This document shows positions 48,935 through 59,533 of a stretch of DNA of 64,000 bases, piece by piece. The notes under the pieces were generated by a model. That model made no database searches, was not told where the DNA came from, and saw only the letters and a list, made by a program, of their open reading frames with translations. Location of the stretch: the NCBI GenBank assembly GCA_016713865.1, contig JADJOG010000002.1:126629-190628 (forward strand). Direction: 5' to 3'. How positions within the stretch are numbered: position 1 is the stretch's first letter; each line of letters opens with the position of its first letter. The translations under genes were made by a program, and so were the position numbers. Origin of the DNA: Flavobacteriales bacterium. GTDB taxonomy: Bacteria; Bacteroidota; Bacteroidia; Flavobacteriales_F; PHOS-HE28.

Positions 48935-50038
48935 ATGAACACCGTGAAGATGAAGGGGATGCGCAGCGCCGTTGTAGCTCTCTCGACCGCGATCCTGAGC
49001 CAAGCGTTCGCACAAACCGATGCGCCGAAGTACAGCAACGAGTTCCTCGCGATCGGCGTGGGCGCCCGGGCCTTGGGCATGGGCAGCGCCTACACCGCAT
49101 CGGTGGGCGACGTGACAAGTGGTTATTGGAACCCCGCTGGGTTGTTGGGCGTTCGCGGCGACCTTCAAGTGGGCGCCATGCATAGCGAATATTTCGCGGG
49201 CATTGCCAAGTACGATTACGTCGGACTGGCCAAACCGATCGATTCCACCAGCGCCATCGGTTTCAGCTTCATCCGTTTCGGCATCGATAATATCCCGAAC
49301 ACGATCGACCTGATCGATCCCAGCGGCAACATTGATTACGACCGCATCACTTCGTTCAGCAGCGCCGATCATGCTTTCATCCTCAGCTACGCGCGCAAGC
49401 TCCGTGTGCCGGGCCTTCGCGTGGGCGGCAACGCCAAGGTGATCTATCGTCGCGTGGGCGAGTTCGGCAAGGCGTGGGGCTTCGGCCTCGATGCCGCCGC
49501 GCGTTACGATCTTGATGCCTGGCGTTTCAGCGCGGTGGCGCGCGATATCACCAGCACGTTCAATGCTTGGAGCTATACGCTCGACCAGCGCACCATCGAT
49601 GTGTTCACGCAGACTGGCAACGAGATCCCGGCGAACAGCGTGGAGGTGACCTTGCCCCGATTGGTGCTCGGAGTCGCTCGCCAATTCAACTTCGGCAAGA
49701 AGTTCGGGCTCATCGCCGCCGCCGATCTGGAGAACACTTTCGATGGCAAGCGCAACACCTTCATCAAGAGCAGCGTTGCCAGTATTGATCCTCGTCTCGG
49801 CCTTGAGCTGGGATACGCCGGCGTCATATTCGTGCGTACCGGCATCAGCAACATCCAACGTGTTACCGACATCAGCGGGAAGGAGTCGCTCTCGATTCAG
49901 CCGAACATGGGCATCGGCCTCAAGATCCGCAGCCTCGCCATCGATTATGCGCTCACCGACATCGGCGATAACAGCGTGGCCCTTTACAGCAACGTGTTCT
50001 CGTTGCGATTCGACCTGTTCAAGCGACCGAGCTCATGA
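48935..50038 (+). CDS. PorV/PorQ-family outer-membrane protein (PorV-like)
   Basis: ATG at 48935 with signal peptide ...AVVALSTAILSQAFAQ. N-terminal FLAIGVGARALGMGSAYTASVGDVTSGYWNPAGL is typical of the family as I recall it. ATGA overlap with the downstream C25 peptidase gene. Confidence 0.65.
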   Translation: MNTVKMKGMRSAVVALSTAILSQAFAQTDAPKYSNEFLAIGVGARALGMGSAYTASVGDVTSGYWNPAGLLGVRGDLQVGAMHSEYFAGIAKYDYVGLAKPIDSTSAIGFSFIRFGIDNIPNTIDLIDPSGNIDYDRITSFSSADHAFILSYARKLRVPGLRVGGNAKVIYRRVGEFGKAWGFGLDAAARYDLDAWRFSAVARDITSTFNAWSYTLDQRTIDVFTQTGNEIPANSVEVTLPRLVLGVARQFNFGKKFGLIAAADLENTFDGKRNTFIKSSVASIDPRLGLELGYAGVIFVRTGISNIQRVTDISGKESLSIQPNMGIGLKIRSLAIDYALTDIGDNSVALYSNVFSLRFDLFKRPSS

Positions 50039-53000
50039 ATAGACTGCTACCGCTGATCGTCCTCATGGGCCTGGCATCCGCGGCATCGGCGCAGCCGCTC
50101 GGATATGGCAATGCTTGGATCGATTACGGCAGGCAGTACTGGAAATTCGAGGTCTTCGCCGATGGCGTCTATCGGATCGATAGCGCCACGCTGGCTCAAT
50201 CGGGCTTCCCAGTCGCTACGGTTGATCCGCGCCACCTCATGCTCTTCGGCAAAGAGGAGCAGGTGCCCATTTACGTGCAAGGCGAAGGCGATGGCGTGCT
50301 GAATGCGGGCGACTTCATCGAGTTCCGCGCCGAGAAAGCCGATGGACAGTGCGACCGAAGGCTGTATCCGTATCCAGCGGCGATGGCCAATCCATATTAC
50401 AGCCTCTGGAACGATACGGTACGCTACTTCCTGACGTGGGACACGCAGGCGCCTGCGATGCATATCAAGTCGTACGTGAATACGCAGGTCGACGCGGCCC
50501 AGCCCAGTCCTTGGGTTTGGACTGAAGCGCTGTTGAATTACGCCAATGACTATCTCGTTGGGCAGATCGACACTTGGCTGGGTTCGCAGAACATCCCGGG
50601 CACATCGGCATTGATGATAGAGGCCGAGGGGTTCACCGGTCCAATGGTGTTCAACACCAGTCAGCCAGAGGCGAACATCGATGTCGCGGTGAGCACGCCA
50701 TCGGCCTACACAGCTTCTGATGCGCCGCTCGCGCGTGTTACCACTACTTCCATAGGCATGGGTGTTACCGGCGCCGTGGGCATACCAGACCACCATTTGC
50801 AAGTGAAAGCGGGCCCGGGCTTCGCGCAGGTCATGTTCGATACGCTCTTCAACGGTCCGACCACCATGCGCAGGAGCTTCGACATCCCCGGCGCATGGGT
50901 TGGAGTCAGTACACCGTTGCGCTTCAGTGTGCTGCATGACCTCCCTTTGGCAATCACCAATCCGAATTACCTCGATTGGCAATCCGTTACCAACGTGCTG
51001 GTCCGTTACGCTCGGACCCTGGATGCAGTGGGAGCGCAACCGGTGATGATGGAGGTGCCTGACGATGGCAGCGGACCGTTACCACGGCTCGATATCGGAG
51101 GTTTCGCCGGAACACCAGTGGTGTATGCGTGGGGTGATACGGTGCGGCGGATCCTGCCATCGCTTGGTACAGCTTGGCATGCGTTGTTCCCGCGATTGCC
51201 TGGAAGCCCGACCACCCAGGCTTATGTATTCGCGCAGGAATCCATCCAGTCGATCACTTCCTTGCGAAAGGCAACCCCGACAGGCTTTTTCAATAATTAC
51301 GGCCTGCTCAACGCCGATAGCGCTGTACTGATCGTGGCGCACCGCAAGCTCTGGAACGGCGCGTCGATGTACCGGAACTACCGAGAGAACCTGGCGCCAC
51401 CGGACCGGCGCCGCAACTCCGTGCTGGTCGATGTGGATGAGTTGTATGACCAGTACGGCGCTGGGGTGCCGAAGAATGCGGGTGCCATCCGTATGTTCTG
51501 CAAGCATCTGCTGGATGTTTGGAGCACCGCCCCGCAAGGTCTTTTCTTGATCGGAAAAGGCGTGAATACCTGGAACGCATTCTTCTCGGGCAACGCCAGC
51601 GTGCGACCCGATGCCAGTGGCGCTTACGCCCGCACTCTTGTGCCCACCTATGGTTTCCCTAGCAGTGACCAATGCTTCACCACGGGCCTCAACTTCGATG
51701 TTCGGCGCATGGATATCCCGGTGGGCCGCATCAGCGCGAACGACGATTCGCAGGTGACCGATTACCTCGCCAAGGTGTCGGCAACGGAATGGAACGCGGC
51801 AGCACCCGCCATCTGGCAGAAGAACATCATGCATTTCGCCGGGGGCTTCACGGCAAGCGAGATCGGCACACACGAACAGATCCTCAATGGCTTCGGCCAG
51901 ATCGCTACTGGCACCAACTTCGGCGGGAATGTGGCCGCTTTCCGCAAGAACACCTCGCAGACCATCAGCACGATCGGGCTGGCTGCCGCCGACTCGGTGC
52001 GACGCTTGATCGAGGATGAAGGAGTGACGATGATGAATTTCCTCTCGCATGCGTATGCGAGCAATTTCGATGTCACCATCGATGAGCCGCAGAATTACAA
52101 CTGGGGCGGCAAGCACCCGCTGCTCATCGGCAACTCGTGCTACATCGGCAATGTGCACATGAACGGGCCATTCAGCACCACGGAGAATTGGACCCTCATG
52201 CCCAATGCCGGGCCGCATTCCTTCATCGCTTCCACGCAACAGGGATTCAGGCCCTACCTGGTCACCTTCACGAACAACTTCTACGAGAGCCTGAGCCGTG
52301 TGAACCATGGCGCCACCATCGGCGAGCACATGAAGTATGCCCTCATGCAGAGCCAGCTGCAATCGTTCACGCTGCCCATGACATGGCACATGCACACTTT
52401 CCACCTTGAGGGGTGATCCGATGCTCGTTCTGAACACGCACAACAAACCGGACTACGCCGTGAGCGCGCCGGAGATCCTCTTCGAGCCGACGATCATCTC
52501 GGCCGATGTGGACAGCTTCACGGTGAAGGTGGTCGTAAGCAATCTGGCGCGTGCCATCGACGGCTCGGTGAACATTGAGCTGCAACGCATCAATCCGGGG
52601 CTCGGCAGCAATCCGATAAGCTATTTCACCACGCTCACGAACCTGTACCTGCGCGATACGGCGGTGTTCCGCCTGCCCACCCTAGGATTCAGCGGCGGCC
52701 AAGGCACCAACCAGATCCGCGCAATCGTGGATCTTGCGCCCGATCTTGTTGATGAGATCGATAACACGGCCAACAACACGGCATCCACATCGCTGTTCAT
52801 CACCAGCGGCGATATCGTTCCGGTGTATCCGTATGACTTCGCCGTGGTGCCCGACCCCACGGCCACATTGAAGGCCAGCACCGGTGACCCGCTAGCTCCC
52901 GTGCGCACCTATGTGTTCCAGATCGATACCACCGACACCTTCGATAGCCCGGCCATGGAGAGCTTCACCACGCAGGCGCCGGGTGGCGTGGTTTCGTGGG

Positions 53001-55210
53001 ATCCGCAGGGCATCTTCGCCCTGAATGCGCTGCAGGACAGCACAGTGTTCTACTGGCGTTGCAGCATCGATAGCTCAGCGTCGGGCAACGGACAATACAA
53101 CTGGTACGAGCGCTCTTTCCAATACATCCCCAACAAGCGCGGCTGGGGCCAGGCGCACATCTTCCAGTTCAAGAAGGACTTCTTTGCTGGGATCCGCCTG
53201 GATCGCGATGCAAGGGAGTTCGTATTCGATGAGAGCAGTCGGAATGTGCGCGCTTCGGTTGCAGGGAATCTCTCTAGCCCTTACACGGGCTGGAGCCTTG
53301 AACTGGAGGCGCAGGATGGTGGGGGCTGCAGCGGTGGCCCTGCGTGGCATGTGGCGGTGATCGATCCTGTAACCTTCGAGGCGTGGGGCACCAAATGGAC
53401 CAGCCCGCAGGGCGAGGTGTTCAACCCGGACCACGATTTCGGCAATGGCAACAACAATGGGGCGTGCCGTCCAAGGCCTGAGAAGTATTTCAGCTTCAGC
53501 ACCAACGCAACCACGCAGCTGGGCGGATTGCAGAACATGCTGGTGAACGCGATTCCGGATGGCCATCACATCCTGATCTACTCGTGGAGGTACTTGGATA
53601 AATATGGCACAGCAGCAAATGGCGGCTCGGGCGTGATGCAAACGCTGGAGGGCATGGGAGCGCCATCCTTCGCGCAAGTGCAGGACAGCGTGCCGTACAT
53701 CTGCTATGTGCGCAAGGGATTCCCTGAGACCTTCCGCGATACCTCGGGTGTTTCGCGCACTGATTCGGTGAACCTGAGCGTTTGGGTGCCCACTGCGCTC
53801 TCACGCGGCGTGATCACCACGGTTGATGTAGGACCGGCTTTCGATTGGCAAGCGCTTTACTGGGATGAAGTGCCAAGTGACCAACTCGACTCCACGCGGA
53901 TCAAGCTCCAGGGCCTCGGGCCGGGATCCTCCAATCCGCTGGAATTGCTGGACCTGTCGAGCGAGTTGGATGAAGTTTTGCCTCTTCCGGTAAGCGCGGC
54001 GCAATACCCCATTCTGCGCATACAAGGGCGTTTCTCCGATGCCAATGTTAGCGATGCCAAACCTGCGCAGTTGAAGCGATGGCATGTGCTCAGCAGCCCG
54101 GTGCCTGAATGCGCCATACATCCGCCGCTCGGATACCACAATGGGCTCGAAGGCTGGAGCGAGGGCCAGATGGCCAAGGTGGCGGTAGCTGTGCAGAACA
54201 TCAGCGAGTTCGATATGGACAGCCTCTTGATCGCCGCGTGGATCATACGTGCGAACAACAGCAAGGTGGGCATCCATTACCAGCTGAACGCGCCCTTGCC
54301 CGCCGGAGGTTTCGTGGTGGATACCATCCGTTTCAGCACCGTTGGCTTCGGAGGATGGAACACCTTGGTGCTCGAGGCCAATCCGATCGATAGTGCTACC
54401 GGGCGTTATCATCAATTGGAGCAGTACCACTTCAACAACATCGCGCAATGGCGCTTCAAGGTCGACGAGGACCGGGAGAATCCTGTGCTTGATGTCACGT
54501 TCGACGGGCGGCACATCCTCAACGGCGACATCGTATCAGCGCGCCCAGAGGTGCAGGTGACCCTCGATGATGAGAATGTGGTGCGCCTTCTTTCCTCACC
54601 TGCTGATACGTCCGTTTTCAAGGTCTTCCTCCGGCGGCCGGGGGCTTCATCGCTCGAGCGCCTTTGGTTCCGCGATGGCGAGGGCAATGAGCAGCTGCAA
54701 TTCGTGCCTGCTAGCAGCGCGCAGAACGTCGCGCGCATCCACTACCGCCCGCATTTCACGGTCGATGGCGAATACTGCCTCAATGTGCAGGCGTCGGACC
54801 TCAGCTTCAATATCGCTGGCGACAACGAGTACAAAGTGTGCTTCGAGGTGGTGAACAAGCCCACTATCACGGAGGTTCTCAATTATCCGAATCCCTTCAC
54901 GACGAGCACGCGCTTCGTGTTCACCCTTACCGGGGTTGAAGTGCCCAGCCAGATGCGCATCCAGATTCTCACGGTCACAGGCAAGGTGGTGCGCGACATC
55001 ACCATGGCCGAGCTCGGCCCCATCCGGATCGGTCGCAACATCACGGAGTTCGCGTGGGATGGAACCGACCAGTTCGGCGATCGGCTCGCGCGTGGTGTTT
55101 ACCTCTACCGCGTGCAGGCCCGGCTGAATGGATCCGATGTTGAGGTGCGTGAGACCGATGCGTCGCCCTACTTCACAAAGGGCTTCGGCAAGATGTACCT
55201 GATGCGCTGA
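50035..55210 (+). pseudogene. very large C25 (gingipain-like) cysteine peptidase family protein, PorU-like, one frame break
   Basis: ORF 50035..52416 has a signal peptide, a C25-propeptide-like start (WIDYGRQYWKFEVFADGVYRI) and a catalytic-type Cys context (LLIGNSCYIGN). It ends ...TFHLEG* at a GGGG run. ORF 52406..55210 continues GDPMLVLN... and ends with a beta-rich CTD-like segment (GVYLYRVQARLNG...GKMYLMR). About 1725 aa. Span length is 3n+1. Confidence 0.7.
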
Positions 55211-55244
55211 AGCGCTTGATGCCCGCGCCGGTACTTTCGCCCGC

Positions 55245-56852
55245 ATGCCACCGACAAGGTTGAGGGTCGTGCTCTGGTCCGCGATGAGCGGGCTGCTGCT
55301 CACGTTCGCATGGCCTTCAATTGGCGGGTTCACCCCACTCGTTTTCGTAGCCTGGCTGCCGGTGCTGCACGCCGAGCGATTGCACGAGCAGCGCACCGCC
55401 GAGCGCAGGCGCGCATTCTATCCATACACGCTCGTCGCCTTCTTCCTGTGGAATGCGCTCTGCACCTATTGGTTCTACCTGGTGAGCGAGCCAATAGCCA
55501 CCAAGGTGCTGAGCGTGGGCTTCCCGGTGATCGGAAACACGCTGCTCATGGGCATCCCATGGTGGTTGCGGCGCGCGGTGAAACACCGGCTCGGCGATCG
55601 TTGGGCCGATGCGGCGCTAGTGTTTTTCTGGATCGCGGGCGAGCGCCTGCATCATGCGTGGGATCTGCAGTGGCCCTGGCTATCGCTGGGCAATGCCTTC
55701 GGCACACGGCCCTCGTGGGTGCAGTGGTATGAGATAACGGGCATGCTTGGCGGATCGCTTTGGGTGCTGCTGGTGAACATGCTGCTCAATCGCGTGATTT
55801 CTACTTGGTCGGTTGATCTCAAGCGCGCGCGCAGACTGGCATCAGTGACCGTGCTTGTGCTGTTGCTGCCGTTGTGCGCCTCGCTCTGGCGCTATGGGTC
55901 GTATCCGATGACGAAGAAGGGAGGAGGGGTTGAAGTGGTGGTGGTTCAGCCCAACGTCGACCCGTACACCGAGAAGTTCAGCGGCGATGGCGTGAAGCAG
56001 CTGGAACGCATGCTCGCGCTCGCGGAAACAGCGATCACGGACCAGACGCGTGTTGTGGTGTTCCCGGAGACGGCATTGCAGGAAGGCGTCGGACGCAGCG
56101 TGATCCGCTTACGTGCCTTCCAGGAAGCGCATCCGGAGGCGGCGCTATTGCTCGGCATGAGCAGCGAGCGCTGGTTCCATGGTTCCGATTCACTGCCCGC
56201 AGCGGCTAGGCCGATACGCAACACGCCGTATTGGTACGAATCATACAACGCCGCGCTTTGGATGCCGGTGCAAGGTGATATCGAGAGCTACCACAAGAGC
56301 AAGCTCGTAGCCGGGGTTGAGCTCATGCCTTTCGAGTCGGTGCTCGGCGCCCTCGGCGATTTCTCGATCGACATGGGCGGAACCACCGGAAGCCTTGGTC
56401 AGCAAGAGGAGCGGAGCGTGCTGCGCGATGGCTCGTCGGGCCTGGCTATCATCCCGGCGATCTGTTACGAGTCTGTCTTCAGCGAGCACATCGCGGCGCA
56501 TGTGCGCAATGGTGGTGAGCTGATCGCGGTGATGACCAACGATGGCTGGTGGAGCGATTCGCCAGGATACAAGCAGCATTTGGCGTTCTCCTCATTGCGC
56601 GCCATCGAGACGCGGCGCGACGTTGTGCGGTCGGCGAACACCGGTATCAGCTGCATCGTGGATCAGCGGGGCGATATCCATCAGCGCACGGAATGGTGGG
56701 TGCCAGCTGCATTCGCCGCGCGTGTGTACCCGAACACCGGACTGACGTTCTACGCGCTATACGGGGACCTGCTGGGACGCGCTGCGGTGATCGTGGCGGG
56801 CTTGCTGATCGCTGCTGTTCTTTTAGCGCGATTCCGGAAACGAGGTCAATAG
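55245..56852 (+). CDS. lnt: apolipoprotein N-acyltransferase
   Basis: Multi-TM N-terminal half and a CN-hydrolase C-terminal half (VVVVQPNVDPY, catalytic Cys context PAICYESVF). 535 aa. Confidence 0.85.
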   Translation: MPPTRLRVVLWSAMSGLLLTFAWPSIGGFTPLVFVAWLPVLHAERLHEQRTAERRRAFYPYTLVAFFLWNALCTYWFYLVSEPIATKVLSVGFPVIGNTLLMGIPWWLRRAVKHRLGDRWADAALVFFWIAGERLHHAWDLQWPWLSLGNAFGTRPSWVQWYEITGMLGGSLWVLLVNMLLNRVISTWSVDLKRARRLASVTVLVLLLPLCASLWRYGSYPMTKKGGGVEVVVVQPNVDPYTEKFSGDGVKQLERMLALAETAITDQTRVVVFPETALQEGVGRSVIRLRAFQEAHPEAALLLGMSSERWFHGSDSLPAAARPIRNTPYWYESYNAALWMPVQGDIESYHKSKLVAGVELMPFESVLGALGDFSIDMGGTTGSLGQQEERSVLRDGSSGLAIIPAICYESVFSEHIAAHVRNGGELIAVMTNDGWWSDSPGYKQHLAFSSLRAIETRRDVVRSANTGISCIVDQRGDIHQRTEWWVPAAFAARVYPNTGLTFYALYGDLLGRAAVIVAGLLIAAVLLARFRKRGQ

Positions 56853-58162
56853 ACCGGCAGCTTCCGCGAGAGCGGTCCATCTGCACCGTGCATGATCAGG
56901 GTGTAGATGCCCATAGCCATGCCTTGCTGATCAATCTCGATCGTGTTGAGGCCTTCAATAAGCACCAGCGAGCTCCTTTCGGCCGCGATGCGACCAGCTG
57001 CATCGAAGAGCGCGAACGCCACGGTTTGCTCGTGCGGGCTGCTGATGATCACATGAAGGTTGTCGCCCCCATCCCATGCGTTCACGATCGCCGTTGAGGT
57101 TATTCCGCAAGTCGCAACCTGCACCGTGCTTACGTCTTCACTACCATCAGCATCCACTATGGCAATGCGGTAGTAGCCGATCTCGAATGGCTGCGGATCG
57201 GTATGGTTGTATTGAATCGCGGTTTGAGAATTCCCGACAGCGGTCTGCACGCCGATTGTCTCGAACTGCTGAGCATCACGGCTGCGTTCGATCCTGAAGT
57301 GCGAAGCGCCGCGCTCCGAACCCGTTGTCCAATTGAGCTGCACGCTTCCCCCTGAGCATGCCACACTGAATCGAAACAGCTCCACTGGCAAGGACTGCAG
57401 AATATCGCTCAGGGTCCATGAGCGGAAGAAATCGGCGGGCGGAACATTCACGTTGGTCACGGAATTCACGGCACCAGCTGCCCAGTTGCCAGCGGGCCAA
57501 TAATCGCCCCACATGCCCACCGGCGCATTGAAGCGCTGTGCGCCAACCACGCTCGCGCCTGTGATGGTATTGCCAGTGCGTACATCGCCGGTTGCCGCAC
57601 CAGGGTCATGCGTAAAGCCTAAGCGGATTGAAGGCCGCGTGCCATAAGTGAATGCTGGAGCGGAGTAAGGATCCACAATCCAGAAGCGATCGACCACATT
57701 ATCAGAGTTGTTCACCGGCGCGCCTGTCCAGTAGTTGTGCATGTGCGTGACATCACTGGGCCGGTAGGTGTTGTTGTCCCAGTTGTTCGCCGCGACAGTG
57801 CCGTAGTTGTATGTGCTGAAGCAGATGCTGGCCTGCGCCTCGTTCGATCCGCCGCCCACGGCTTCGTAGGTGAAGGGCATCTTCACGCTATTCGCCGTGG
57901 TGAAGGGAATGGTGTACACGCCGTTGGTGTTCCGGATCTGCCAGCGGATGCGGTTGAATTCGCCCTCGCTGCGGATGTTGCCGCCCGTGCCCAGTGTTTG
58001 GATGCCCGCATTCGTCGGCTCTTCAACCACCACCCACGCGCCGTTGTCGATGCGCAGCCACGCATTGTTGTTGATCACGATCCTGGCTTGGCCCCAAGCA
58101 TGGGTGCTCACGGTCAATGCTAGCAAGACCAGAAGTCGGCCTGATGCAGGAAGTGTTGACAT
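56846..58162 (-). CDS. T9SS cargo protein (hypothetical) with C-terminal sorting domain
   Basis: ATG at 58162 (MSTLPASGRLLVLLALTVSTHAWGQ). CTD-like end GIYTLIMHGADGPLSRKLPVY. 438 aa. Confidence 0.65.
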   Translation of the reverse strand: MSTLPASGRLLVLLALTVSTHAWGQARIVINNNAWLRIDNGAWVVVEEPTNAGIQTLGTGGNIRSEGEFNRIRWQIRNTNGVYTIPFTTANSVKMPFTYEAVGGGSNEAQASICFSTYNYGTVAANNWDNNTYRPSDVTHMHNYWTGAPVNNSDNVVDRFWIVDPYSAPAFTYGTRPSIRLGFTHDPGAATGDVRTGNTITGASVVGAQRFNAPVGMWGDYWPAGNWAAGAVNSVTNVNVPPADFFRSWTLSDILQSLPVELFRFSVACSGGSVQLNWTTGSERGASHFRIERSRDAQQFETIGVQTAVGNSQTAIQYNHTDPQPFEIGYYRIAIVDADGSEDVSTVQVATCGITSTAIVNAWDGGDNLHVIISSPHEQTVAFALFDAAGRIAAERSSLVLIEGLNTIEIDQQGMAMGIYTLIMHGADGPLSRKLPVY

Positions 58163-58294
58163 GGCGCTGAGCGTTGGAGGAACCAATGTAAGGCAGTGTC
58201 CCGTGCAACCACCCCTCTTTGAGTGAGCGATATTGGATTTGATCAGGCGGATACCTTGGCGCCTTGTCAATGCCCATAGGGCTTTGATGCACAC

Positions 58295-59533
58295 ATGCGC
58301 CAACGGATCAGCCTTCCCGGTTCTTACCCCTTTCGTGGTATTGCGCTTCGTGGCATGGCCCCGTTGATGTACCGGTTCGTGGCTGATCAGCAGCGCGCAG
58401 TGCTCGGTATCGGATCGGTTGAAGAAGCCGAAGAGCCACGCTTCGATGCCGCAGGGCGCGTTACGGATTGGTGGTTCGGCCATCTCGGTTATGGATACAA
58501 AGACCGATTAGAGGACGTGCGCAGCCGCAGTGCCGATGCATTCGATTGGCCCTTGTCCTATTGGTTCAGGCCGAAATGGGTGGTGGAATGGAGCAAGGCC
58601 GGCACATTTCTGCATGTGCACGAGGCCGAACGAGCAGAGGCTTTAGCGTGGGCGCAGAAGTTGGTTGCTCATTCAGCAGAGACGACAGGTGTGAATGCGA
58701 TTGAATGGTTGTGCAGCATTCCTCGGAGCCAATACCTCACTGATGCAAGCCAATTGCTCCGGCGCATCCAGCGTGGCGACATCTACGAAGTGAACTACTG
58801 CATCGCGCACGAGGCCGTGCAGGAGGGCTTCGATCCGTACAGGGCTTTCGATGTGCTGCTGAGCGAAACACAAGCGCCATTCGCCGGTTTCATGAAGATC
58901 GGCGACCGCTACGCGCTGTGCTGTTCGCCGGAGCGCTTCATCGCCTTCGATGGTGATCGTATGATTGGTGAGCCGATGAAAGGCACTCGGCCGCGTGGCA
59001 CCGATGAAGCTGAAGACACACGCTTGAGCAACGAGCTCGCCAACGATCCCAAGGAGCGCAGCGAGAACGTGATGGCGGTGGATGTGATGCGCAACGATTT
59101 CTCTCGCGTCGCTGTTCCTGGATCGGTGCATGTGCCAGAGCTCTTCGGCGTGCGCACGCATCCGCGCGTGCATCAAATGGTGAGCGTGATCGAAGGCCGG
59201 CTCGCCAATGGCCATTCGCCCTTCGATGCCGTGAAGGCCGCTTTCCCACCAGCGAGCATGACCGGTGCGCCCAAGATCAGCGCGATGAAGCTCATCGACG
59301 AAGCAGAGGGCCAAGCGCGCGGATTGTACAGCGGCACCATGGGTTACTTCGCTCCCGATGGCACCGCCGACCTGAACGTGGTGATCCGCACCGTGCTCTT
59401 CGATCGAGCAACAGGAAGGCTCTCCATCCCAACGGGCAGCGCGCTTACCGCGCAATGCGATCCGGAAGCGGAGTGGGAGGAGTGCCTCGTGAAATTCAAC
59501 AGCATCGCGCATGCACTTGCAGCTCCTCGATGA
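58295..59533 (+). CDS. pabB: aminodeoxychorismate synthase component I (chorismate-binding enzyme family)
   Basis: Chorismate-binding domain motifs PMKGTRPRG, SMTGAPK and GLYSGTMGYF. 412 aa. PabB versus another family member cannot be settled from the sequence alone. Confidence 0.7.
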   Translation: MRQRISLPGSYPFRGIALRGMAPLMYRFVADQQRAVLGIGSVEEAEEPRFDAAGRVTDWWFGHLGYGYKDRLEDVRSRSADAFDWPLSYWFRPKWVVEWSKAGTFLHVHEAERAEALAWAQKLVAHSAETTGVNAIEWLCSIPRSQYLTDASQLLRRIQRGDIYEVNYCIAHEAVQEGFDPYRAFDVLLSETQAPFAGFMKIGDRYALCCSPERFIAFDGDRMIGEPMKGTRPRGTDEAEDTRLSNELANDPKERSENVMAVDVMRNDFSRVAVPGSVHVPELFGVRTHPRVHQMVSVIEGRLANGHSPFDAVKAAFPPASMTGAPKISAMKLIDEAEGQARGLYSGTMGYFAPDGTADLNVVIRTVLFDRATGRLSIPTGSALTAQCDPEAEWEECLVKFNSIAHALAAPR

